Made by a program: the position numbers and the translations under genes. Positions 25,600 to 38,118 of a DNA stretch of 54,973 nt are shown piece after piece. The notes below the pieces were generated by a model, which saw only the letters and a list, made by a program, of their open reading frames with translations, was not told where the DNA came from and did not search any database. Where the stretch lies: positions 46,895,640-46,950,612 of the forward strand of contig NC_068986.1 in NCBI RefSeq assembly GCF_001194135.2. The letters run 5' to 3'. Position 1 is the first letter of the stretch. The number at the start of each line of letters is the position of its first letter. The DNA comes from Octopus bimaculoides (taxonomy: Eukaryota).

Positions 25600-26460
25600 G
25601 TTCAATCCGGAGAGGGTGGTGTTCTCGAATTCGCCTACAGAAACTTGTATATATGTTTTGACATTTATTTTACTCTGAAAGCAGAAAACTGTGTGAGTAA
25701 AATCAGAAATAATCTTATCCTTCCTCTGGAGTGCTACGTTCAGAGTTTGTAGATGATTCATTACATCAGTAATGAACATCAGATCATGCATCCGTTCATC
25801 ATTTGTCAGTTGAGGGTAGAATCTTTCTTTTTTTTTTTCGTTTAGAAAAGCAATAATAGGCTTCAACAAATCCACAAACCTACTAAAATCGTTTCTGGTT
25901 AATAGCCACCACAGTGGGTCTATCTTTAAGCTCAGTTCTTCATTAAAATTTCTGAACTGTAGGTAGTTCTTCCTATTTAAACATATGGAATTCACAATTT
26001 CAAGTACAGATTTCATTACAATGTTATACTTGAAACATCTCGCGACAAGGTGCTCACGGTAAATAATACAATGAAGAGAGAGAAACTCTGGAAAGCTCGA
26101 ATCACTCCCTAAGCACAGTTAATCCTGTGTTTTTCCTTGATCATTGCAGGAGCACTATCTGTTGCAACACTGACAAGTGTATTCAGTGGAACACCTACGT
26201 TTGTTAACGCTCTATCAAGAGCATTTTGTATGTCAACACCAACAGTTGTTTTCTTTTAATTCCACGACAGGCAACATATCTTCTTTCACATTTAACTCAG
26301 TAGACGCATAAAGAACAGATACTGTCAGATGTGCCTTGTCTTATACGTAAGCTGATTCATCAATGCTAAACTGAATGCAAGGAAATTTTTTAAATCGTTT
26401 TGCATTATCCCTGCAACATCGGCACTGATCGTCGCGGTACTTTGGCGTGAAACCGGTTTT
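25600..26460 (-). mobile_element. hAT transposase remnant (Buster/Charlie, GTF2IRD2-like)
   Basis: Minus frames give FSLA-DES, VSVATDSAPAM, LHCIIYREHL..VMKSVLEIVNSI and YPQLTNDERMHDLMFITDVMNHLQTLNVALQ. Frameshifted. Confidence 0.85.
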
Positions 26461-27256
26461 TTAACTATTACTCGCTGAAGTTTTGTGTTAACTGGATTTA
26501 AAGTCAGAGCACAAAGCTAAATTAGAAGGGGTGGAAAATTAAAAAAAAAACTTTCATTACAATTCTATATTTGGGTTTATTTGAAATAGTTGAGGAATGC
26601 AGTTCTCCCATCCCACAAAAGTAAGAAAAGCTGTTCCCACAGCACCAACCACTGGTATCAATTCATACCCAATAAATAATTGCAGGCTTGGATTTTTTAT
26701 TCAACTTTTATATTAACTGTGGTTAAAAAAACTAAGGTATTTTAGGTGATCATATCAAACCCTGCACTTATTTCAGTCGTATTTATTTTACTATTCTCTA
26801 ATCATGAAATTGTTTTACGCACAAAAAATTGCAACACTAGACACAGATTTGCACCGGTAACATAAGCACAGACATGGCTACGGATACACTCACATACACA
26901 CATACACTTACGTACGTACGTACGTACGTATGTATGTATGTTCGCTCGTTCGTTCGTTTGTTTGTGTCTGTTTACGCTTATTCCGTTTTATTTCCATTAT
27001 TACGGCACATTCCGTTTGCTAAGCATTAGTCATCTCAAGCTATGGGAGAAGTGCGGGGGGTCAAATTAAGCAGTTTATGAATAAATGCAAGCATAAACAC
27101 ATACGCTCATTCATATATATGATAATACAGTTATACAAACATCTATATATTCGACCATACATCAATGCATAGAAATATATATGCACGCTCACAGGCATGT
27201 GAGCATATACGTATAAACATAGTTTCATTCATGCATACATTTATATATACATACAT

Positions 27257-28500
27257 TGTCCTTAAGAAGTACTTACTTTCACGTTACCTCCAATGCGAAT
27301 CCAGCAGTGTTGAATATGTATACCTCAACAAAAACTGGGAAGAGAAACACTCTGCATACCAGAAGTGGTTATGCATGTTTCCTATAAACTTGAGGAGAAT
27401 TATAGTATTGACATGAAATGTAGCCTCACTTGGTGACGAGACTGTAACATTATATCACATCTTGAAGGTTATACTTTTGCAATTCAAGAACAAGCTACGA
27501 AATGTTTAATGGGCAAGAGAACAGTATGACCTTTAATTCCAAAATATGTAAACTTAAATGTCGATTATGCCACATTTCTGCGGATGACATAACACATGTG
27601 ACACCAGTTTCCCCGAAATGTCATGAAGTTACTAACTCCTATTCCGATAGGAAAGGCTACTTGCAAATTGTTGTATAGTGAAACTGTATACCCCTCCCGG
27701 TAAAAAAGTGGTAGGAAACAGCCATTATAAATAGACCAGTAGCTGATCGTCAAGAGTTGATTCGAGAGTCGAAGTTTTGAGAGTCGACAGTTGTAGTCTG
27801 TGTCTTGTGGAGTTATCAGCGATAGTAAGACAGAAGTTAGTGTATTACTATTCTGGTACGAGGAGATACAACGGTATCCGATGACTAGTAACTGCTGTAA
27901 CAACACGATGTTATTGCTAAAACTATTTACAATGCCATCCGCAAAAGCGACTGTCTTGAAATAAGCTTAGAAAATCCCTCTGTTATGAAATGCATTCGTA
28001 AACACCAACTCAAGGGATACTGGTGGAATATCCCTATCAAAACTTCTGTCTAATGTAACCACAACAGACCGGATATTGTTGTTTGGGACAGAGGGGCAAA
28101 GGTGTGTACCATTATAGAGGTTAGCTGCCCTGCAGATACGAATATCTCTTTGAAATTCAAAAACAGAGGATATCTATGGACAACTGCTTCGAACCTTCCA
28201 GCATCTATATCCAGACTATGAATTCATATTCATACCAATAATAATTGGAGCACTAGGTTTTGTTAGTGAATGCTGAAAGGAGAATCTGGATAAACTGGGA
28301 TTTTCAAAAAGAGAAATTGACCGGCTGATTCGTACATTACAAGTCCAATCTGTGAGTGGAACAGTAGAAATATGCAAGACTTTACTCAAGTTCCAAATGT
28401 GGATTTGTTTCTGTTAACTCTTACATCCCAAAGATGGAGCCTATTATCTTTGTTGGAAACCGGCTTCCTCCTCAGAGGAAAATTTTAAAATAGATGAGAC
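27257..28500 (+). mobile_element. R4/Dong-like RLE non-LTR retrotransposon with intact 3' end (copy B)
   Basis: SHLEGYTFAIQEQ, CRLCHISADDITHV, HDVIAKTIYNAIRK, YWWNIPIKTSV*CNHNRPDIVVWDR..CTIIEVSCPAD, LYPDYEFIFIPIIIGALG. The 3'UTR ends gatgagac|atacatag and the 5' junction is catacat|tgtcc. Confidence 0.9.
27648..27903 (+). mobile_element. About 256-bp insertion within copy B, solo-LTR-like
   Basis: Splits the R|HD codons (ccga|...|cacgat). It contains TATAAATA at 27726-27733 and has gtaaca at its right end. No clean TSD was found. Confidence 0.4.
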
Positions 28501-29859
28501 ATACATAGATCCATACATACATACATACATACATACATACATGTGCATGTATGTATGTATGCACAAAATGCATACATAGAGTCGATTTTTTTTTTTTTGC
28601 GGGGAAGAGGAAGACAAATTAAAATATGTGATAACACGTATTGTACAATTATTTTAATGAAAGAATAGTTGAGATATTTTTACTGCACGCTATAATGAAG
28701 TAAATTAAAGTATGCAGCTCAGTCTGATTACAAGGCAAAGAAAATACATCAGCACCCTACGGCGCAATGTAGGACATTTTAATACTATCATAAGGTGCAG
28801 AGTGAACGATAAGTTCGCAGCACGCTAAATACGTTTATGGAAAAATGACAAAATAGTACGAAGTTCACGCGTTTATTCCTAGAGGGGAAATTAAGAACTT
28901 TAACATAGGAAATGAAGACATTGGGTGAGAAACTGTTATTGGAAAAATATTTCAGCCAGCCAGCATTAAGCGTAAATTTATTTCCAGTCAACATGTCTAA
29001 GGATGAAGAAAAACAACATTTTAATTAAAAAAAAAAGGTGAAGGTGGATCCGAGTCCGTCAAGGCTAGAAAACATGAAAAAGGACTTCTGTATCCGTACG
29101 ATCAGTAAAGCATACAAAATCAGCTTTGGAACTTTTACCAGTCTGTAAGAAAGCTGTATAATGGGAAGGCACCAAGAAGAGACATAACAGTTGGATACTA
29201 ATCCAAGATGACGTTCGGCAATAAATCCCTAACACGTATTAGGAAAGAGCAGATTATCATACCACATGGGCTTATGACAGCACGAACCAATGTAACTAAG
29301 ATTGAAAACACTAACTTGGTTGAAAACTATTACACAAGATGTCTCAACCAATTTCTCAAAGACAAAAACAGGCATACTGAAAAAAAAAATGAAACAAGAA
29401 GGCATGGAGATGTGTCTAAGCTGGACAATCTGAAATCAGAAAACGCTGTAGTAACCTGACGATGATATGGGTTGATTAAAGAGAAGCGACCAATTCTATT
29501 CCTTATTCAGGGTCGTTGGTGTCATTGAAAGTTTCACTAAGATCTACTCAGCAATCCTCACACATGTAACTGAAAGCCGAACGAGTGTATCTGATGTAAG
29601 GAATATATCAAAGCAATTATTCCAATGAAAGAGCGTGTCCATGCTTCTGTTTATTTTAGTCACTAAATCCTCTGCTATTTCTTTTCCAAATTTCAAATGG
29701 TTATGAATTCGGTTCCACAAACAGCCATGCAACCAGTCATATTTTGCGAACACTTTCAAGATCTCTACTAGGAATATTTAAAATACTGAGAAGCTGCTGA
29801 AACAACCGAATTTAGTAACGGCATCTTTTTGCTGATATAGGGACAGAATTTGGTAGTGA

Positions 29860-30860
29860 ACTCTCAAAGAAATACCTACTTCTCGGTCACCTCAATGCAG
29901 CACCAAATTCGCTGCACTTGTGTATCTCAACAAAGATCTAGAAGAGAAACGGCCTGCATGCAAAAATGATTAAGCATAATGTATCTCCCGTAAACTTGGG
30001 GATTATGTTAATATTAACAGGGAATGTAACCATAACCATTCACAAGAAGTTGTAACCGTTACATGTAACCTTACATTTGAAAGGTTATTGTTTTTGAAAT
30101 CTAAGAGCAAAGAAAAAATATGAAATATCTAATAAGCAAGAGAAAATGTGAAGACTTTAGTCTCACAGATGCGGCCTAAAATGTATTTCTGTAGAAGGTA
30201 TTATGTACACACATAATAACTGCCCCAAAATCCCATGAAGTTATTACGTTGCAACGCAGCAGCATGTTGATACAAAAACAATATACAGTACCATTACTAA
30301 GACAGACTCAGATGAAATGAATATAGAAACTATTCCTGTTATTGAATACATACATATCAACACAATGAATATTGATGGAACATTTGTATCGAAATTCTCA
30401 TTAAATATACAACATCAAATTCTAATATAGTTATTTGGCTCAGCAAAGAAAATTTTCGTGCAGTTATAGTAGTTAACTCCCTACAGAGAAGACCATTTCT
30501 TTCAAAATTGGTGAGAGAAGGAATATTTATGGATAACTGCTTCAAAACCTACAGCTCCTTTACCAAGATTATGTATTTACCTATATACCTATAATTATTT
30601 GTACACTCGTTTATGTCAGTAAATGTCTAAGTGAGAATTTGGAAACCCTGGTGTTCCATGGTAAAGAAAGTGAGCAGCTAATACGCACTTGAGAAATACA
30701 ACCAGCGAGTGAAATTGTAAAAGCATGGAGGATTTCCTTGAAGTTCAGCATGTGACACTTCCCGTTTGTGTTATGCAATTTTCAGCAAAGGAGCATTGCC
30801 TTTTTGTGAGAAACCAGATCCTTACGTATAAGAAGAATTCAAATAATTACAAAAGAAACA
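29860..30860 (+). mobile_element. R4/Dong-like element, older copy C
   Basis: Collinear with copy B: HLKGY.F..*EQ..KYL, a degenerate zinc knuckle, NIVIWLSKE..., LQLLYQDYVFTYIPIII, and a 3'UTR ggagc...gaaaccagatcc..aagaagaattcaaat. Confidence 0.8.
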
Positions 30861-31589
30861 AATATAATTCTTACAGATATGCATAATAGACTCATACACC
30901 CAGCATAGGTAGAACATAAAAATGTTGGTATATTTGTGTGTGTGTGTGTGTGTGTGTGTGTATACGCATGTGTGTGTATACGCATGTATGTATGTAATGT
31001 GTATGTATTATATATATATATGTATATATAGTACATATATGTATATACAGATATGCATATAACATATAATTTAGGCTTCCTTTTCCTAAATAAGAAATAT
31101 AGCTTCGACGATTTGTCGCTACTGAGTTAACTCTCTATGCCTCGCGCTATGCAAGATATATTTCTCTTAGTCCACTTTCAACTATTTGACACCAGTTATT
31201 GTTTGGTCGTCGATAGTTTTCGTTTTCCAGTTGCTGCTTCCCTTAATGAACCTTTAGTGTCCCATTCTTAACCATTTGAATCACCAGTGTTTTATTTCAA
31301 CGACTACACTATTTGTAACCAGTTTTTTTTAATGCTATTCCTTTGACACAGTTTGGGCTCATAAAATGCGACAAATGTTCCTGGAGCACAGATTACTGAG
31401 AATGTTGCTCTTATTCTTGTCACCTTTTATATAAAAATCCACCACTAGGTCCAACCCTTGTTGCGATGTGATTGCCTGTACCTGATTGACCCAGCGAGCT
31501 ATGCCAACGGAGCAGAAACTCTTCGCAAACCTCACTGAACTACATGTCATATGATAGAGGCCACACTAATGTAGGCCACCTCTTCCCAA

Positions 31590-31742
31590 GGCAGAAATCG
31601 GTTGGTATAAGAGCTCACTCACCTATCAAGAAAACAAAAACTGCCGAAACATCGATGACAACTGAAAACCACAGTGGAGAAAAGACGTTGATGATCTGTG
31701 CTTCATAGGGAGCCAAGGGCGAATGGGATACGTAAGTTTATA
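31590..31742 (+). mobile_element. RTE-like LINE 3' end followed by (CATA)n
   Basis: Translation ends PQWRKDVDDLCFIGSQG, resembling RTE C-termini (WR..V..LC). Confidence 0.45.
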
Positions 31743-32159
31743 CATACATACATACATGATGGCTGCAAACTCGTGTTCGGTTATTGTCATCACATGATTG
31801 AAAGTCCTAAAAATACGAAGGCTACGACCAGCCATTTTTATGATAGGTCTTACTTTTTTCAAGCGATGCCTGTGCATGATGATTTTTTTTTATTGTGGGG
31901 GGAAGGATTTGCACAAATCCAATCCCACCTTCTGAACAGGGACAACATAAACTCGAAAAGAAGAACTATTCTACATCATCGAATATTGTCAGTGTCGCAG
32001 GTTTTCCCTCAGAGTTTCCCTCTCCTAGAGAGATGTTGTGACAACTACAAAGGGGCTTCTCACTCCCAGTGGGCCAACAGCGCGCCTGAACACCAACCCA
32101 GGTATTTCCACATCTCTGCGCACACATACATCCATACATACACATGTACACATTTTGTT

Positions 32160-32351
32160 GGATGGCCGTTGACTACTCATGAGCTCTTCCTCCCTTTGAC
32201 AAGTTTTATTTTTCGTTCTGCAGATATCCAACAACCACCCTCCTCCCCAAGCAAGCTTGATAGAGTTTCCAGTTTAGTCACCGACGACCCGACCATGCAA
32301 CAGGTTGTACTGGGTTACATGTTACTAGTAGAGCCCAAGAGCGACCTGACA
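32160..32351 (+). mobile_element. Non-LTR retroelement 3' end followed by (CATA)n
   Basis: GC-richer block ...cgacccgaccatgcaacaggttgtactgggttacatgttactagtagagcccaagagcgacctga|catacatg. The LINE 3'UTR assignment is from recall and unverified. Confidence 0.4.
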
Positions 32352-32420
32352 TACATGCATACATACATACATACAAACAAACAAACAAACAAACATACAT
32401 GCATGCATACATTCATACAT

Positions 32421-32528
32421 GTGATATTGTTTTCGCTATCTGCCTTCCAAAAATGGAGCTTTGCATCTTTGTTAGAAACCAGCTCCTTCTTCTGAAGAAG
32501 AATTCAAATGATTAAAAACAGAAGAGAC
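32421..32528 (+). mobile_element. R4/Dong-like 3' terminal fragment (copy D)
   Basis: Homologous to 28400-28500. Ends gaagagac|atacatac, with CATA repeats on both sides. Confidence 0.8.
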
Positions 32529-32533
32529 ATACA

Positions 32534-32565
<32 letters not shown>

Positions 32566-32989
32566 CATTATAGGTTATAGTTGTCTATACGAACGAGTTC
32601 AAGTACTTAATACATATTGTAGGGCGAAATATATTAAATCATAGTGTACGTCGTCAGTGATAATGCATTTAAACTCAGGGTTATTTTCTACTTGGGCAAT
32701 AATTTAGGATGTTTAGTTAAATGCGAAGCGTTCATCACAGTCATACTCAAAATTTTTGTTTCCAGTCCATGAAAATGGGCTGTCATAGAAAGATGATATT
32801 GTGTAAATGAGAAAGGCATCAATGAATGCTGTTTTCTATAGTACAAGGAATAAATTTTGTAAGTTACTGAGATGAAAATAGTAATAAAATCTTTCAAATA
32901 CCAGAAGTAATTGAATGGTTTTGTTTCTTTAGAAGGACTGTGGTTGTAGTATCGTTCATAAAATATACTTTAGGTTTGGGTTGGTTGGT

Positions 32990-34190
32990 TTGGTTAGGTG
33001 GAGATAATCTATGACTCGTAGATAATCACTTCAGCGTTACGTCACCAACTGAAAATCCATGCATTTCTATTTCTATATATGCAGTTGGCCTCATTTTCTT
33101 TAATTGGTTAGCTTGTAATTAAGATTTCCGCATTGATGGTGCAGCTGTAACTCAGTTTAAGTTTATTTTCATTGAGCACTTTTCTCTATTGGGGGATAAT
33201 AGGGAAATGATTGTTAAAGCTCAGACGTATTTAGCTGTTAGATTTAACATTTAAGAAGGGAGATGTAGACCAGATAACTTGGCGGTGTCTCATCTTAGTA
33301 TAGGATAGTGAAGGGTTAGGGATATATGTGATCTTATTTTTTAATCCACTTGCTTGCAGAGCTTTATTAGATTATTGAAGATATTTTTATAGATGTCAGG
33401 CTAAAAATATTTCTACTGATTTTATTAGGATTCTGAAAACTATGAGCGAACGACAGGAATCTATATAAATATATGTGAGATTTTCATTGGATTTTTTTAT
33501 GTGGTTTATATTTGCTTGCGGTTAGGTAGAGAGTACCCCAAGAAACTTGGGGAACTTATTGGTATCATTTGCTTTTATGTCAAAATTAATGAAGCTATCG
33601 ATGAGATTTTTTTCTAAGTGAAAGTGACGTAAGGCCATTAGTATATTTTAATGTATTAATTCACTCATTTCTAAATACTCAATATTTAAGGTGGTGAATT
33701 TCTTTTTGAGACAAAATTCCATATTACATTATCTCCCATTCTTGAAATCCACCATACTGACGTTTATGGTCCCTCCTTTTTTTACTTAGGCAGTATTTCT
33801 GTCAAGAAGCGTGTATAATTATATCATCAGCTATATTGTTATGTATCTTAGCAAATTTTAGAGCGCTAATAAGTAGTTGTTTCATGAGACAATGATAAAA
33901 TTCAACAATATAGAATTTGGTAAATTATGCTCTTTTTTTTATTATCGATGTGCTTAAAACAGGTATTCCATTGTTGGAGATTGTTTGGCTTCTAAATATT
34001 GCTGTTAACTTCAGATTGTCTTGCTAATTAATTTCTTTTCAGCTTTTGCAGGATTCATTAATATGCATGTAGTCTTGGTGACAAAACTCTGTGTGACTGT
34101 GGCTTATGTTTTGCGTTTAGCTAAACTTCCTAAATTATTGTGAAATTTAAGCTATTTTTGACTTTGATAATTATACTATTGCATACGCTG
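32990..34190 (-). mobile_element. Penelope-like (Neptune-type) reverse transcriptase remnant
   Basis: Minus frames give INPAKAE, FKHIDNKKK..IVEFY..LLISALKFAK, KFLGV, KYKPHKKSNENLTYI, KALQASG, RHRQVIW..PFLNVKSN and KLKLSYSCTIN. Confidence 0.78.
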
Positions 34191-35275
34191 TCATTTTATG
34201 GTTTGGGGTATATTCTTATATAGGATTTGATATATAAGTACTAATATATATGTGTGAGTATGTATGTATGTATGTATGTATACATGTATGTATGTATATA
34301 TGTATGTATGTATGTATGCATGTATGTGTTTGTGTGTGTGTATGTATGTGTGTATGTGTGTGTGTGTGTATGTGAGTGTGTGTGTGTGTATGTGTGTGTG
34401 TGTGTATTTGGATTTGTATTATATGGATGTGCATGTTTCGTTCTTAGTTGTCAAATGCGGTTGTTCCTCGTGTTGCTATTACAGTTGTTCATGTTTCAAT
34501 GGCCATAAAAATCGTCCCTCACACTACGACGTTGCATGAAGGAACCGACGTTGAAGGAAAAGAGAGGGGAAGGAGGAGGATGACGACATGGATGATGGTA
34601 ATGATGAATTCTATGAGTTATGGTAAAATGCAGTCGGAGTTAGCAAGAAACATTAATGCTTGAAAACAAAGTTGAAGTGGAAAACACAGTAAGATCCAGA
34701 AAAGTAAGCATTCAGTTGGGAATTTTTATACCAAGAAACAGGTACATGGCAATGTTTCATGCATATTTATAGTATGTGCATTTTACTTCAAAATTTCATA
34801 TACTTAAACATATTTATTGATATGATTATATCTACGTAGAAATTAGTATATAAAAGAATACTTTTCATCAAAATCTTCTTTATAATTTTGAATAAATAAG
34901 CATTTCGGAATCTTTTAGACGCCAGACTAATAATTGTTAATAATTTAACTCCCGAAATTCATTTATAATGTGAATTGACGGGTGATAACCTTTATTTTTT
35001 TTTAATTGCTTTTTTGTTCATTTTCTATTAGAAATACAGCTAAGTTGTTTTTATATCTTCCAAATACATATCTAAAACAGCTGAGTAAATAAGCATTAAG
35101 ATTCTCAAACGGCAATACGTGAGAATGCAAAGTATGGCAATCAGGCCACCATTGAAGATCTAAGCAAACAATAAAACCCATCCCAAAATATTTCATTCGT
35201 TGCTGTCTAAACTGAATCTATTGTAAAAGTATAGTATAGCTACTTGTCCCAAATACTTTCGAACAAATGCATACA

Positions 35276-35315
<40 letters not shown>

Positions 35316-35547
35316 ACATACACACACAAACATACACGCACGCACGTACATACTCCTACACACATGTATATATATATATATAGTATATTTAGATATTCAA
35401 ATCAACTCAACGTATATTTGATTAGCTGAGTTTTTCAAGATATCGAGCGTTGTAGTGATATTAACTTTCAAATATCAAGAAGATATACCATTGTGCATAA
35501 GACAATTATTACAAAATTAAATTAATGTATACACACACACACAGACA

Positions 35548-35589
<42 letters not shown>

Positions 35590-35607
35590 CACACACACAC
35601 ACACATG

Positions 35608-37424
35608 GGTGTTAGTATAGTATGTGGTCTACCACGTTGTCAAACAGTATAGCCAGAGTTATCTACCTTAAAAACTACTCGTTATCATCTCGCCTCTCCA
35701 CTTGCGGTTTACCTTATATTGAAATGTTGCTGAAAGATTGTTTTATATACGTGTCATCTTCACAGAGAAAACAGCAGTCACAGTTTTAAAAGATTACAAT
35801 CTGCTGGATACACAAGAAGCAGATCCCTGGCATCGATGCGGTGCTGTCATGCAGGAAAAGCGATAGGTGGACTATTCAGGCCTGCACTTCGTTGTCCTCG
35901 AAAGGAGTGTTTAAACTTCATGTTCAGTTCGCAAAGGAAACCAATTTTTCCATTAAACGAACATTAACAACAAATTAAACTGCAGCTTAGACTGAGTGAG
36001 ATTTTAGAACTAATATTTTTCTTTGGTCATGGTATATCCCACGACTGCTGTTGTGGTCGTGGGATATACCCAGGACCACAGTAGTGACTCTAGCTGGAAA
36101 ATCTAAAAATAACATAAATAACTACTACAATATGTGCCGTGGGGTGTGTAAACCCATAGTTCACCATAAACGACGAGGGAAGATGGTTGGAACAAACGAT
36201 AACCCTGTAGTAGAAATATACAGTCAGTACAATGTGGCTGCGTGTATGTTATTGCAATAGTTCATAAAGAGATGAAGAATAAATTCAATACCTATATATT
36301 TACTACATAGAAATATATTGTAGTGGTCTATGATGATACATAGAATCAAAATGTAGAATCTAGTTGAATGAAGTAATCTATGCGAGAAAGTTCAGAGACA
36401 GAAAATGTAGAAATAACAGCTAAGTGGTGGTTTTCAGTCATGTGGCTTAGAGAAATAGATGGCTCAAACTCTAATCGGCTAAGAAACGAAGAGCTGGTTT
36501 AGCAAGCTGTTTTTATTAATAGAACGCTAGACATTCTAGAAACTTCCAAGAGAAACGCTAAGCTTCTTGAATAATTAAGAATCACGTTTCGGGAAACAGA
36601 TGCTTCGAGAGACTTAGGAAAGGTAGGTTACTCTATGATCTTTCTTGCAAGGGAGATCGTTCAACTATTTAGCTACGTAGACCACTACAACCCCATTCAG
36701 ATCGACTAAGCAAGATTTGCTAGTCGACCAAAATACAATCGAGGAAGAACGTTCAATGGCGACAACGCTCCTCTCTTCGAAGACAGTGATGCAGAACAAC
36801 GAAACAACAGGGACCAAGGACGTAGAATTGATGGGCCGTGGATTTTTAGTCTCAAACAAGGCTCAGACTGTCGATACTTTAGTGTGGAACGGCGTGACGG
36901 GAACAGACTGATCCCAATTATTGAGAGAGAATGTGGAAAAGCTTCAGTAATTCATTCAGATGAGTGGCCCACTTATAATAATTTAAATGACATAGGTTAA
37001 TCATCATGTGACAGTGAATCATCAACGACATTATGTGGCTCCAGTGACCGGAGCACATACTCAGGCCATTGTGCGATCATGGTTAGATGCCAAAACTATG
37101 ATTCTGAAAAAAATGAGAGGAGTTGGTACTGAGTTTTTCCAGTCACATCTTGATCATTTCTGCTGGAAAATGATGAGGAAAGACTCATGATTTATTTGTA
37201 TCGTTCCATAATGACAAAAGTGTTTATCGTTAAAATGGATTGTCTTGATTTATCTGTGTAATTTCTTTATCATATAAAATAATATAAGATTCAATTTTTC
37301 TTATTTGTGTAATTTGTTTATAATGTACGAAGTGTTTTAACTCTGAAATATCTGGCAATATTTGAAAGATAGGGGTAGATAACCATGTTTGACACCGTGG
37401 TAGACCGTATACTATACTAGCACC
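35608..37424 (+). mobile_element. Full-length Merlin (IS1016-like) DNA transposon with decayed transposase
   Basis: TIRs of about 39 bp starting GG (ggtgttagtatagtatgtggtctaccacgttgtcaaaca and the reverse complement ggtgctagtatagtatacggtctaccacggtgtcaaaca). Perfect 8-bp TSD CACACATG at 35600-35607 and 37425-37432. Transposase motifs: PIQID*ARF..RPKYNRGR, VIHSDEWP.YNNL, VNHQRHYVAPVTGAHTQAI. Confidence 0.92.
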
Positions 37425-37489
37425 CACACATGTATGCATGTATGTATGTCTGTATGTATGTATGAACGTATCATTTTATCTATCTATCA

Positions 37490-37585
37490 GATGCGTGGGT
37501 GTGTGGTAAGTAGTTTGCTTCTCAGCCACATGGTTTAGGATTCAGTCCCCCTGCGTGACACCATGGGCAAGTATCTTCTACTCTG
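37490..37585 (+). mobile_element. SINE 5' fragment
   Basis: gtgtgtggtaagtagtttgcttctcagccacatggtttaggattcagtccc...gggcaagtatcttctact matches the head of the 44182-44595 family. Confidence 0.8.
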
Positions 37586-38086
37586 TATCTTCACTGAAAG
37601 TTATTGATTGTCATGTCTGTGCAGTGTTTTGAAATGCTGAAATGGTCGATCTATAAATTACGGCATTTCAGAGACAGGATTCTCCCAGTGGGAAGTCAGT
37701 GGGATTTCGGTGGTTACAGGTTAGGATAGTGGTTTCCAAAGTGGGCGGTACTGCCAATACAAGGAACTGATGTCACCAGATATATCAAATAGCAGCCTAT
37801 CATCAAAGTGATGCCAGCTTCTTGCCAGCATCTTGTCTGCAGTGTGTGGACCTAAAAACAAAGAAAATAACTGATGTCTCTTTGATATTATTTCATATCC
37901 AAGGAACTCCAGTTGACCAATAAATGTCTAAATACCGAGAAGCCATTTTGAACTGCCTTCAAATTCTCCATTCTGACTCCAAAAATAGACACGTCCAACA
38001 CGCACAGGATACTTTAAGTAATGTGGAATCAAACTGTTTCAGATATATGTATATATGTGCGCGCTCGCGTGTATGTGCGTGTGTGT

Positions 38087-38118
<32 letters not shown>

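Noticed and set aside
29050-29760. Coding-looking sequence (KYDWLHGC...) suggesting a hAT zinc-finger region
   Set aside because: A single weak motif with no further support.
34448-34663. ORF or acidic stretch as a host exon
   Set aside because: The acidic run is in a different frame from the ORF, it is low-complexity GA-rich sequence, and no homology is recognisable.
37727-37757. tagtggtttccaaagtgggcggtactgcc as a hAT terminus
   Set aside because: It resembles hAT TIR starts, but no partner TIR, TSD or linked transposase was found.
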